The translations under genes and the position numbers were made by a program. From sequence record NC_052656.1: a stretch of 64,000 nt of DNA; one strand, written 5' to 3'. The notes below the pieces were generated by a model. That model had not been told where the DNA came from. It worked only from the letters and a program-made list of their open reading frames with translations, and searched no databases. Positions 52,787-62,270 of this stretch are shown here, in pieces (position 1 is the stretch's first letter; every line of letters starts with the position of its first letter). The DNA is from Escherichia phage anhysbys.

Positions 52787-53025
52787 GAAAATTTTTAATA
52801 GGTATGTTCTGTACATATCCTGATAATAAAGTCAGTTCTACGAAAGTCTGGAACGCTGTAGGCATGTCGGTTATGACAGGCATGTTTATCTTTTTAGGAA
52901 TAGAAAAAGAAATTCCTGAATGGATGGGTTGGGCTTTTGTTTTCATGATAACTCCTTCTCGCCTCATGAAAAATCTTATTGATTTACGCTGGGGCAGATC
53001 ACAATCTACCAAAGAGGATGACTAA
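52783..53025 (+). CDS. holin-like small membrane protein (two TM segments, charged C-terminus)
   Basis: 80 aa; hydrophobic stretches VWNAVGMSVMTGMFIFLGI and WMGWAFVFMITPS, C-terminus RWGRSQSTKEDD. Confidence 0.4.
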   Translation: MRKFLIGMFCTYPDNKVSSTKVWNAVGMSVMTGMFIFLGIEKEIPEWMGWAFVFMITPSRLMKNLIDLRWGRSQSTKEDD

Positions 53026-54512
53026 TGGACGAATATGGTTTGACAGATGCGGGATTTGTAATCCCGACTTTTGACGATGTTTTAAACAACTACATGACAG
53101 CAGTAAAAAACACATTTGGTGCAGATGCAGCCACTTCGGAAGATACTGTGATCGGACAACTGTTTAGAATAATTGCATACACAGATTACACATTGTGGGA
53201 AGGTATGCAAGGTGTTTATAATACTCAAACACTGGATGGTGCAGAAGGTATTTATCTTGACGAAATCTTTTCTAAACGCGGTTTCTATCGAGCAGGGGCA
53301 GCAGCAAGTACAGGTTATGCCTATGTTAAGAGTAATAACAAAGCAGCTTGGACTTATGAGTTAGGCACGGATATTTACTTCAACTCTGATAGTGATATGA
53401 ACTACTATGTTAGCACACCAACTATGTTGAATGCTAAGATTGCAGCTTATCAAATCTCTCGTGCTAATGCAACTGCTACAGGTGTTCCAAATATTACTTT
53501 TTATGCACAAAGTGCGGTGGATGGGGGACTAAACAGTAAAACACTTGCACCTGGTTCTTCTACATTTATAACCGATCTTGAAACTTTTATCAAGGCGAAT
53601 TTAACAGAAGCTGATCGTAGTCTTGTATTTTCTGATTCAGGTAACTTATCAATTGGTTTTACTTCTTTAACCAGCGATACTCCAGTGGGACTAGTAACTC
53701 CTATCAAATTTTATGCCAGTGTTCCAGTTGGAACCAAATGGAGTGAAATTCCAGTAGTTGCAGCAGAGAAAGGATACAATCCTGTTGGTGTGGAGTCTAT
53801 TACAGGGATATCTTCTACCTTTACAGGTTATCTTGACAGTGGTAACTTTTATTCATTTTCTCCTGGTCGGGATGTTGAGACAGACGCAGAATTCCGCTCT
53901 CGTTTCAATGACAACGTTGATGAAGCTAACGCAGGGACACGAGCAGCTATTGTGAAAGCTCTGTTACTTACAGATGGTGTCACTAAGGTGAAGATTTATG
54001 ATAACCCTACGTTACATGATCAAGAACACGCTCCAGCTATGACTTTCCAGACTATAGTTTATGGTGGCAGTGCAGAAGAAATTGCAAATGTTATCTATAA
54101 AACCAAACCAATCAACACTTTGACACACGGAACAACTAACATAACAGTTACAACAGAAGATGGAGGACAAGAAATTATTCGCTTCTCTCCTGGTGCTTCT
54201 GCTATGTATTCCGTAAAACTTGTTTATCAAACTGTCAACGGAACAACTTTAAGTGGAACAGAAAAACAAAACATCGTAGAAGCTTTACAAAACCTGCAAG
54301 CTTACTTTGAGTTAGGTTCTTCAGTAACGAACGATCAAATCAAAGGTGTTATTTACGCAGCACTTGCTTTTGGACGCTTGACTTCTCTTCGTGTTTATGT
54401 TAAACTTAATACTGAGGATGACAGTAAATATACAGAGAATAATATAATTCCTGCTTATAATGTTGTCCCTTCTTTTGACCTTGATAACATTTCTTACGAG
54501 TATGGAGTGTAA
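53025..54512 (+). CDS. baseplate J-like protein (putative)
   Basis: 495 aa; position and size; weak N-terminal resemblance to baseplate J family. Confidence 0.4.
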   Translation: MDEYGLTDAGFVIPTFDDVLNNYMTAVKNTFGADAATSEDTVIGQLFRIIAYTDYTLWEGMQGVYNTQTLDGAEGIYLDEIFSKRGFYRAGAAASTGYAYVKSNNKAAWTYELGTDIYFNSDSDMNYYVSTPTMLNAKIAAYQISRANATATGVPNITFYAQSAVDGGLNSKTLAPGSSTFITDLETFIKANLTEADRSLVFSDSGNLSIGFTSLTSDTPVGLVTPIKFYASVPVGTKWSEIPVVAAEKGYNPVGVESITGISSTFTGYLDSGNFYSFSPGRDVETDAEFRSRFNDNVDEANAGTRAAIVKALLLTDGVTKVKIYDNPTLHDQEHAPAMTFQTIVYGGSAEEIANVIYKTKPINTLTHGTTNITVTTEDGGQEIIRFSPGASAMYSVKLVYQTVNGTTLSGTEKQNIVEALQNLQAYFELGSSVTNDQIKGVIYAALAFGRLTSLRVYVKLNTEDDSKYTENNIIPAYNVVPSFDLDNISYEYGV

Positions 54513-54514
54513 AA

Positions 54515-55144
54515 ATGGCAGTGAGTGTTGACCATGTAACAACTTGGGCCAGTATCAATGAAGATGTTAAAAACCTTCTGATTGAAGATTTTAAATCTTC
54601 TCCTAACATTGTCAAACTCCTCTACATCGTATCCAGTGAAAAGCAAAAGATAGATCAGGCAATGATCTATCTTGCTAAACACCGCTTGATCTCTACAGCC
54701 ACAGGCAAATACCTAGATATCCTAGGGGAAGAAATGGGGATCGAACGTAATGGCTCTGATGATGAAGAGTATAGAACAATATTAAAAATCAGGGCTTACC
54801 GCGTAGCCTCGTCGGGGACTCGTGGTGACATAATTGATATCTTCGCCCGTTTCACAGGAACAGAGCGTGAAACGCTTAATACCTATGTAGGTTTGAATAA
54901 AACCTTTGACGTGTTTTTCTACAACCTGTGTCTTCAATCTGATCAAGCTTTAGAACAGTTGCTAAGTGTTTTTCCTATTATTAGCAGCTACCGTCTTGGA
55001 GCAAAAGCAGGATCAGCTTTTGGTTTTAGTTCTTATTATGCTACCAAACCGCCTCATGGTATTGGTGGTTTAGGTTCCCTGTACATGGAATCTACTGGGG
55101 ATGAAACAGGACGCATGTGTACGCTTCTCAAGCAAATAGATTAA
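54515..55144 (+). CDS. baseplate/tail protein (putative)
   Basis: 209-aa ORF following J-like gene. Confidence 0.4.
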   Translation: MAVSVDHVTTWASINEDVKNLLIEDFKSSPNIVKLLYIVSSEKQKIDQAMIYLAKHRLISTATGKYLDILGEEMGIERNGSDDEEYRTILKIRAYRVASSGTRGDIIDIFARFTGTERETLNTYVGLNKTFDVFFYNLCLQSDQALEQLLSVFPIISSYRLGAKAGSAFGFSSYYATKPPHGIGGLGSLYMESTGDETGRMCTLLKQID

Positions 55145-55153
55145 GGAGTTTAA

Positions 55154-56185
55154 ATGGCGAAGCCAATATATTATCCTGACTGGGCTACACAAACTGTAAC
55201 GCTCCCAGGAACTTTAAACACAAACAAAATTAGACCTAAAGAAACTATCCGCGCAGTCGGTATGGACTATGGTCAGATCATGACTTGCGAAGAAATGAAC
55301 TGGATTCTTAATAACATCGGTTTGTGGATTCGTTATTTGGTTGATGATTTTATTCCTACTTTACCTAATACTTACTTGCCTTTAGTGGGAACTAAGATTA
55401 CAATGGCTGGTGATGCTACTGGTGAGGCTACTTGGAATGGTGATAAAGAAGTTATTTTATCTATACAAGTTCAAGATAACAGCCATAATCACTTATCGGC
55501 AAACATTACAGACGCTACTAGTTCAATAGTAAAACCAAATGTATTGGTAAAACGTGATGCAGGTGGTGCTATTTACGGTGGTGATATTTATGTTAATGGC
55601 ACTTCCACAACAGATCCTGCAACCCTGTTCTTCAAAAACTTTGCAGGACAAACAAATGGTGAGATTTCTGCCGAGTATCAAACCGGAGGCCAGCTTTACA
55701 TCTATCGTAGAAATCCTAGCACAGGTGGCATTGCGGCTGGCGTTCGTTTATATGATGCTGGTTATGTTCTAATTGACAATCCAAGATCGAATAGTGGACA
55801 AGATACTTCAAACGGAAATGCTTTGGTCCGCTTAGATTATTTGAACTCTCGTTTAAGCTCTCTTCAAAATACATTACAAACAAACATTAACAGCGTTCAA
55901 AATAATTTGAATAATGTTAATAGTAATTTAAATTCTCGTATTGATAATTTGCAAAACAGCTTACAAAGTCAAATAAACTCGCTTCAAAGTCAAGTGAATG
56001 CACGTGTAACGGCAGTTCGTATTAATGGACGTATTCAGTTAGGTGTATCAGAATCCCCTTACTATGCTGGTCACGTTATGACTGGTTGGGCTTTCGGTAA
56101 TAAGAAAGAACTTCGTGGTGCTTCTTATTGGTCTGGACCATTGCAATACTATGTAAATGGTGGATGGGTAACAGTAAGCTACTAA
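55154..56185 (+). CDS. tail fibre protein
   Basis: 343 aa; Asn/Gln/Ser-rich heptad-like repeats (LQNTLQTNINSVQNNLNNVNSNLNSRIDNLQNSLQSQINSLQSQV); followed by assembly chaperone. Confidence 0.55.
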   Translation: MAKPIYYPDWATQTVTLPGTLNTNKIRPKETIRAVGMDYGQIMTCEEMNWILNNIGLWIRYLVDDFIPTLPNTYLPLVGTKITMAGDATGEATWNGDKEVILSIQVQDNSHNHLSANITDATSSIVKPNVLVKRDAGGAIYGGDIYVNGTSTTDPATLFFKNFAGQTNGEISAEYQTGGQLYIYRRNPSTGGIAAGVRLYDAGYVLIDNPRSNSGQDTSNGNALVRLDYLNSRLSSLQNTLQTNINSVQNNLNNVNSNLNSRIDNLQNSLQSQINSLQSQVNARVTAVRINGRIQLGVSESPYYAGHVMTGWAFGNKKELRGASYWSGPLQYYVNGGWVTVSY

Positions 56186-56200
56186 GTAGGAGAATAAATA

Positions 56201-56740
56201 ATGAATATTGTTTACGATGGTTTTGAACTATATACTCCAGAACCTAATGAAGATACGCTCTTTTTAATTGGTTTAGGGGTAGGATTTTTAAGAGATTCCT
56301 CTGGCAGGGATTGGTATGATTTGTCGAAAGAGTTAGATGCTAAGTATCCTGATGCATATTTTGTTAGTTTAAATACTGATAACTTAGTCTTAGGTGTAGG
56401 GGAAGATGCAGTAGGATTATTCCCCCACAATATGCGTGTTGTTGTTACAGATAGTGTTCCAAAAGGTATGACCGAATATCCAAGACAATGGAGATATAAC
56501 GGAACAACTTTTGAAAAACATAATACTTGGACACAAGAAGATGTGGATACCACGTTAGAGACAGAATTGACGTGGGCTGGAAACCAAATAGGTGCTTTGA
56601 CAGATTTGCAAGAGTTACAAGGTCTGTCAGAGGAACAAGAAAAATGGTTAAAAGCTGTTAAGTTATATCGAGCATCTTTAGTTCTATTAGATCTGAAAGA
56701 CTTGAACAACATTCAATGGCCTGATAGACCTACTCAGTAA
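56201..56740 (+). CDS. tail fibre assembly chaperone (Tfa-like)
   Basis: 179 aa directly after fibre gene; C-terminal ...NNIQWPDRPTQ resembles the conserved Tfa C-terminus. Confidence 0.5.
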   Translation: MNIVYDGFELYTPEPNEDTLFLIGLGVGFLRDSSGRDWYDLSKELDAKYPDAYFVSLNTDNLVLGVGEDAVGLFPHNMRVVVTDSVPKGMTEYPRQWRYNGTTFEKHNTWTQEDVDTTLETELTWAGNQIGALTDLQELQGLSEEQEKWLKAVKLYRASLVLLDLKDLNNIQWPDRPTQ

Positions 56741-56750
56741 GGGATACAGT

Positions 56751-57086
56751 ATGGAATTTCAAGAAGCATGGGGACTTGCCAAGGATGCAATTATCCCTTT
56801 AATCGGAGTCATCTGGTTCTTTTTCAAACAAAAAATGGATAAATTCGGCTCTGATCTTGAGGAAATGGAGGAGAAAAGTCGAGAGCTAGAGAAGAAGTTG
56901 GTTTTTGTTGAATCAACTTATGCAACTAAAGCCGAACTTACCCAGATGCTAAATCAAATTAACTCTACATTAATGGCAAATAATAACACTCTTGAGCAAA
57001 AAATTGAAAAGATTATGGACCTCAAGAATGCGACTATTCAAATGATGCTAGATGACATAGTTAAACGTACACAGAATAAGGGGTAA
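56751..57086 (+). CDS. small coiled-coil/membrane-anchored protein
   Basis: 111 aa; N-terminal hydrophobic segment then coiled coil. Confidence 0.4.
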   Translation: MEFQEAWGLAKDAIIPLIGVIWFFFKQKMDKFGSDLEEMEEKSRELEKKLVFVESTYATKAELTQMLNQINSTLMANNNTLEQKIEKIMDLKNATIQMMLDDIVKRTQNKG

Positions 57087-57089
57087 TTA

Positions 57090-60000
57090 ATGGCAACATT
57101 CCCAACATATCCAGCAACGTCTCTTGAACAGGGCGTAGATCTGGTTATTTTCTCGTCTAACCAACTCCATGATGTTATTAATGGAAGTGCTACAGAGAGT
57201 ATTGAAACAGAATCAGGGTTGATACCAACCCTTAGAAAAGCCCTTGTTGACAACTTCTTTTTTAAGAGTCCCTTGGATTGGGCGCAAGGCACGAATGAAA
57301 CAGTTTTTAACCAACTTCGCTATTTCCAGAATGGAGTGTTGAGTGGTTATTACTATGCGCCTAATGCTACACTGGTAAACCCTATCCCTATGCAAGGTAC
57401 TCCAGTAGGGGATAATAACTGGGTATTGTGGGGACTGAAGACAGAACAATTAGCAACAGAAGTCACCCCTTGGGTATATTCTGGTGCAACTGGTTATGAA
57501 ACAGTAATCAGCCCTCCCTACATCTTTGATAGTGCTATTGTTACGATCAATGGTGTTATTCAGGTTCTGGGAGAAGCTTTCCGCATAGAAGATAGTAAAA
57601 TCATCTTATCTGAACCTTTGGGACATGATCCTGCAACAGGACTACCAAACAAGCTTTTTGCTTATATTGGTAAAATCGTAGCTTCCGCAGATACAGATCC
57701 TAACCTAGAGAACCGTCTTGTCAGTTTAGAAACAAAAACCGAAGAACTGACAGAAAGTATGGATAAAGTTCCGCTGCAAACCATTGCTCGTAAGTATGGT
57801 TTGTTAGACGATGAGGTAGCTTATGCTACAGTAGGACAGTCTTTAACAGGTATTAAAGCTCTGTATGATCCGGTAGCACAGTCTTCCTACACATTACCTC
57901 CTAGCATCACAGGAACTTTAACATCCTTATCTGTTTCTGGAGTAATGACTTATTCTGGAGGATCTGTAGACCTTTCTGCACTGGCTGTTGAGCGTGGACA
58001 GTTTGTTCATTTGCCTACAAGCTTTGGTAATAACGTAACTCTGACAGCTAAAAATCAGACGATTGGACGTGGTGCTGGTCGTTATCGTTGGGCTGGAAGT
58101 TTACCAAAAAGCATTTTGGCCTCTGATACATTGGAGACAAGCGGTGGATTAGGTCCAAATGCATGGGTTCTGACCAATACAGAAGGACTGTTAACTCCTC
58201 GTGGTGGAACATACAACGATTTATTCGATGTTGTCTACTTGTCAGAATTTGCTAACAACACAACAACATATACCACACCAGAAGCAGCTTTCCAAGCGGC
58301 ACTGTTAGCAGCAAAAGCTTCGAAAAGCAAGATTCTCGATGCTTACGGTTGCGATATGACTTTCACGACAAGCTCTTTTGATATTCAAGGTATCACTTTG
58401 CGTGGGGGTGTGTTCCGTGGTCAACGCGACTATCGTGTGCAAAATGCTACAGTAGAAGGCACAACTTTCCGTAACTCTCGTGTTATGTATTGGGGTGGTG
58501 CTGTGCGCATGTTCGATTGTTTGTGGGACGGTGCTCCTCGCGCAGGTCAAGTTGGTAGCTTGGTATTCCAAGGCAACCCAATATCAGGTACTTTTGAAAT
58601 TGATAACTGTACTTTTAAAAACGGGTTGTATGGCATCCTTCAACAAGGAACAGGAGAACCAGTAACACGTGGTGTCTTCCGTAACCTTACCTTCATGGAC
58701 ATGCAAGGTGATGCAATAGAACTGAACGTCATCAATAAACATTATGACGATGGTTGTGTGATTGAGAATATTTACCTGTCTAATATCGATGGAACTAATG
58801 CTCCTATTCCTCTGTCGAACTGGGGTATCGGTATCGGTGTAGCTGGTAAAGGACCATATGGTTACGGAATCCCTGATGATCAATATTGTAAGAATATTAC
58901 AATTCGTAACGTTTTTGCAAAACGTTGCCGTCAAATTGTCCACGTAGAAGTTGGTCGTAATATTTCTATCGAAAACATTCATGGCGATCCAGATCAAACC
59001 GTATCTGTTGGGACAGGTTTGGCAACTGGCGCAGTTGTAATGTATGGAAGTAAAGACTTTACGATTGATGGTGTTTATGGAGAGCCTAAAACAGATGGTA
59101 GCACACTTGCAAGTAATATCCGTATGATTTACTTGGAGTGGGGAACTAACGCAGTTCTGGATGAAGAGGGTAATCCGGTAGTTCCGGCACAGGGCAGACC
59201 TTCAAATCCATGCTTTAACTATTCTGTTCGTAACATTCACACCAAAACTGGGCGTGTTTTTGCGGGAGTTTCCGCTGGGCCAGGTTATGAAAACAGAGTT
59301 AGCTTTGAAAATATTCGTTGCGCTGCATTGCAGTTGTTCGGTATAGCTTCTTGGCTTTCAATGTCTAACATCACTTGTAATATCTTCGATTGTGTTGGTC
59401 AACCTGAATCTGGTCCAGGGACATTTTATGATGGATTCTTCCGTAGAGAAAAATCTGTTCTTGAAATGGTTAACGTAAACTGTTACCCAGATGGCAAGAC
59501 GATGGTTACTGGTCGTCCACAGTGGAGCCGTTGCCGTTACTCTGATATTCATCGTGTCAACTGTAATGTTGAAGCTAATATGTATACCAATATCGCAGGT
59601 GGTATTGGAGCTATCGTAGGAACAACGGGCAAAGTTTATTACTTAGAGCCTAATCCTAGTCGAAACATTGATGGAATGCATTTCCCAACAGGGAAAGAGT
59701 TTGACAAAGGTGATATGATAGTCAAGGCGGATAATACGTTCTTCCTTGTGACAACAAGTGGGGCATATATTCCAGATATCCCAGCTTTCGGTATTCGAGC
59801 TACACAGGCAGGAGATACCTTCCTGACACAGAACTTGACTCCTAACGGGACAGCAACAAATGCTTCTTGGTTGTATCATTACCCTCTGTCAGCAGGGACA
59901 CGTATCCGTATTCCTGGTGCTGGTGTAGGTGGAGCAGATTTGGACACAGTTATTACTCGTGCGCCTTATCAAGATAATGATACGTGGACTAACCCAGTTA

Positions 60001-60143
60001 AAATAGACATTGCAGATCCAATTGTAACGCCTACAAGTGCTGGAGTTAGAATTAAAACCATACCTAATGATTCCAGTAATGTTTCTGTAGGTAATACTGC
60101 GGTTATTCGCCCAACGCCAGTAGTAGATGTGCCAACAACCTAA
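57090..60143 (+). CDS. tailspike with parallel beta-helix (pectate-lyase-like) domain
   Basis: 1017 aa; repeated N/G-x-hydrophobic rungs (NITIRNVFAKRCRQIVHVEVGRNISIENIHGD, RNSRVMYWGGAVRMFDC). Confidence 0.5.
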   Translation: MATFPTYPATSLEQGVDLVIFSSNQLHDVINGSATESIETESGLIPTLRKALVDNFFFKSPLDWAQGTNETVFNQLRYFQNGVLSGYYYAPNATLVNPIPMQGTPVGDNNWVLWGLKTEQLATEVTPWVYSGATGYETVISPPYIFDSAIVTINGVIQVLGEAFRIEDSKIILSEPLGHDPATGLPNKLFAYIGKIVASADTDPNLENRLVSLETKTEELTESMDKVPLQTIARKYGLLDDEVAYATVGQSLTGIKALYDPVAQSSYTLPPSITGTLTSLSVSGVMTYSGGSVDLSALAVERGQFVHLPTSFGNNVTLTAKNQTIGRGAGRYRWAGSLPKSILASDTLETSGGLGPNAWVLTNTEGLLTPRGGTYNDLFDVVYLSEFANNTTTYTTPEAAFQAALLAAKASKSKILDAYGCDMTFTTSSFDIQGITLRGGVFRGQRDYRVQNATVEGTTFRNSRVMYWGGAVRMFDCLWDGAPRAGQVGSLVFQGNPISGTFEIDNCTFKNGLYGILQQGTGEPVTRGVFRNLTFMDMQGDAIELNVINKHYDDGCVIENIYLSNIDGTNAPIPLSNWGIGIGVAGKGPYGYGIPDDQYCKNITIRNVFAKRCRQIVHVEVGRNISIENIHGDPDQTVSVGTGLATGAVVMYGSKDFTIDGVYGEPKTDGSTLASNIRMIYLEWGTNAVLDEEGNPVVPAQGRPSNPCFNYSVRNIHTKTGRVFAGVSAGPGYENRVSFENIRCAALQLFGIASWLSMSNITCNIFDCVGQPESGPGTFYDGFFRREKSVLEMVNVNCYPDGKTMVTGRPQWSRCRYSDIHRVNCNVEANMYTNIAGGIGAIVGTTGKVYYLEPNPSRNIDGMHFPTGKEFDKGDMIVKADNTFFLVTTSGAYIPDIPAFGIRATQAGDTFLTQNLTPNGTATNASWLYHYPLSAGTRIRIPGAGVGGADLDTVITRAPYQDNDTWTNPVKIDIADPIVTPTSAGVRIKTIPNDSSNVSVGNTAVIRPTPVVDVPTT

Positions 60144-60149
60144 TGGAAC

Positions 60150-60172
60150 AGAGGGGGAATCCCCCTCTTCTT
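60150..60172 (+). terminator. hairpin (weak terminator)
   Basis: GAGGGGG-AAT-CCCCCTC hairpin; poor U-run. Confidence 0.35.
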
Positions 60173-60204
60173 CCAATAGAATGGTCTAATGATAGGAGAG
60201 ATAA

Positions 60205-62229
60205 ATGAATTTAACAAGACCTAATAGTGCGATAGCCGATCTGGTAGAAGCTACTTATCGAAAACGTCGCAGCTTTGAGGCAGGTTTTACATTACGTAAT
60301 TCCCGTGAAGTTTTGCTGTTAGCAGCAGAAGGGAATTATTACCAATGGAAAGGAACTTTTCCTAAAATAGTTCCAGCAAACTCTACGCCAGCCACCACAG
60401 GTGGTATTTCTTCCCTTGCATGGCAAAATGTTGGGACCGCTGATGATATAGCAATTATCAATGCCAAGTTTACGGCAGTGCAGCAACAGATTGATGATCT
60501 GTCGGAAACAATACCTGAAGCTGGTAAATCGGCTTATCAGATCGCACTTGATAATGGTTTTGTTGGAACAGAAGCACAATGGCTTGCTTCTTTGAAAGGG
60601 GATACTGGTGCTCAACTTAATATTAAAGGATCATTAGCAAGCACTAGTGAACTACCATCCACAGGTAACGTTGCAGGGGATGGTTATATCGTAGGTGATG
60701 TAATCTACGCTTGGGATGGTTCTGTTTGGAAACTTATTTCTTCTCTTGGGCCAGAAGGTAAATCAGCTTACGAGGTATGGTTGGCAGATGGTAATACAGG
60801 ATCTGTTTATGATTTTCTTACCTCTATAAAAGGTGATAAAGGAGATGTTGGTCCTACAGGGCCACAGGGAGCACCTGGTGTTAACGCCAACGGTTTTGAT
60901 TATCGTGGAGATTTGCCTTCTACAAGTAACTTACCACAACCTAACTCTGAAAACGTAAGCCAAGCTTATTCTATCAGTGGTAATCTTTATGTCTCTAATG
61001 GGACAGCTTGGGTCAACATGGGTAATATTGTTGGTCCTCAAGGTCCACAAGGTGAGGCAGGTAAAGACGGTCTTGATGGAACAGATGGAGATGAAGGGAA
61101 ATCTGCATATCAAAGTTGGCTGGATGCTGGTAATGAAGGGACAGAAGTAGATTTTATTGCTTCCTTAAAAGGAGAGAAGGGTGACAAAGGTGAGAAGGGC
61201 GATCCTGGTCCACAAGGTGAACAGGGTGTTCAGGGTATCCAAGGTCCGGTTGGTGCAGGTCTTTCTGTAAATGGTGAATTGTCAGATGTTTCAGAACTAC
61301 CTTCTGTAGCGGAGGTTGGTGATGCCTACGTTGTAAAAAATGATCTTTACGTGTGGATCGACGACAATCAAACGTGGCTCAATGTAGGTAGTTTGGGTGG
61401 TAGATCTATTACAGCTAAAGGTCATGTTGCAAATGGAGAAGCTCTCCCTGTTTATAATAATTATGGTGATGCCTATTTAACTGAAGACACCAGTAATCTT
61501 TACATCTATACCTACGATCAAGACACCAATTCCGCATCTTTTGTTGACATGGGAAGTATTAAAGGCGACAAAGGTGAAAAAGGGGATAAAGGAGATAAGG
61601 GTGATCCTGGAACAAACGGAACCAACGGTACTGATGGGACCAACGGTAAGGACGGCGCACAGTGGTTTGTAGCAACAACTAATCCAGTCGCAGGAGACGG
61701 TGCTATCAATGATTACGCCTTCAATACTACCACTGGAGCAGTGTTCAAGAAAACAGATTCTTCTACTTGGACACTTATAGGAACTCTTCCTAGTATACCA
61801 GAAGCCCCTCAAGACGGCTTGACGTATGGTCGTTCTGATGGGAACTGGATTGAAATATCAGGATCAGATCCTACGGAAGCTATAACACCAACTAGAGTTA
61901 CAGCAGGTTTCATGGAACTTGAAACAACTACTGCCAACTCTGGAGCATCTTGGACTCCTTCTGGAACTTCCAATATGTATGTTGTTACAGTAACCGATGC
62001 TTTAACAGTTGGAGCATGGCCTGGTGTCACTGGCTCTACAAAACCTAAAGCATTTTCAGCAATGATTTATTTGATTCAAGATACAACGGGACACACGGTT
62101 ACACTAGATGCGTCTTATGGAGCACTGAATGATACAGAAATAGCAACTACTGCTAACGCAGTAACAATTTTGCAATTAACGTATCCTGGTGTGGGTAATA
62201 TCGTGGACATGGTTGTTGTAACACGATAA
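60205..62229 (+). CDS. tail fibre with collagen-like Gly-X-Y repeats and repeated ~30-aa modules
   Basis: 674 aa; GDKGDVGPTGPQGAPG, GEKGDKGEKGDPGPQGEQGVQGIQGPVG, GDKGEKGDKGDKGDPGTNGTNGTDGTNGKDG; three copies of GKSAY(Q/E)xWLxxG...SLKG module. Confidence 0.6.
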   Translation: MNLTRPNSAIADLVEATYRKRRSFEAGFTLRNSREVLLLAAEGNYYQWKGTFPKIVPANSTPATTGGISSLAWQNVGTADDIAIINAKFTAVQQQIDDLSETIPEAGKSAYQIALDNGFVGTEAQWLASLKGDTGAQLNIKGSLASTSELPSTGNVAGDGYIVGDVIYAWDGSVWKLISSLGPEGKSAYEVWLADGNTGSVYDFLTSIKGDKGDVGPTGPQGAPGVNANGFDYRGDLPSTSNLPQPNSENVSQAYSISGNLYVSNGTAWVNMGNIVGPQGPQGEAGKDGLDGTDGDEGKSAYQSWLDAGNEGTEVDFIASLKGEKGDKGEKGDPGPQGEQGVQGIQGPVGAGLSVNGELSDVSELPSVAEVGDAYVVKNDLYVWIDDNQTWLNVGSLGGRSITAKGHVANGEALPVYNNYGDAYLTEDTSNLYIYTYDQDTNSASFVDMGSIKGDKGEKGDKGDKGDPGTNGTNGTDGTNGKDGAQWFVATTNPVAGDGAINDYAFNTTTGAVFKKTDSSTWTLIGTLPSIPEAPQDGLTYGRSDGNWIEISGSDPTEAITPTRVTAGFMELETTTANSGASWTPSGTSNMYVVTVTDALTVGAWPGVTGSTKPKAFSAMIYLIQDTTGHTVTLDASYGALNDTEIATTANAVTILQLTYPGVGNIVDMVVVTR

Positions 62230-62233
62230 CAGA

Positions 62234-62257
62234 AGCCCCGAAAGGGGCTTTCTTTTT
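62234..62257 (+). terminator. intrinsic terminator
   Basis: AGCCCC-GAAA-GGGGCT followed by TTCTTTTT. Confidence 0.7.
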
Positions 62258-62270
62258 ATGGAGGGTTTAA

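Noticed and set aside
60800-61650. Repetitive DNA in the collagen-like fibre gene considered as a non-coding tandem repeat
   Set aside because: The repeats are in-frame Gly-X-Y codons within a continuous 674-aa ORF with an RBS.
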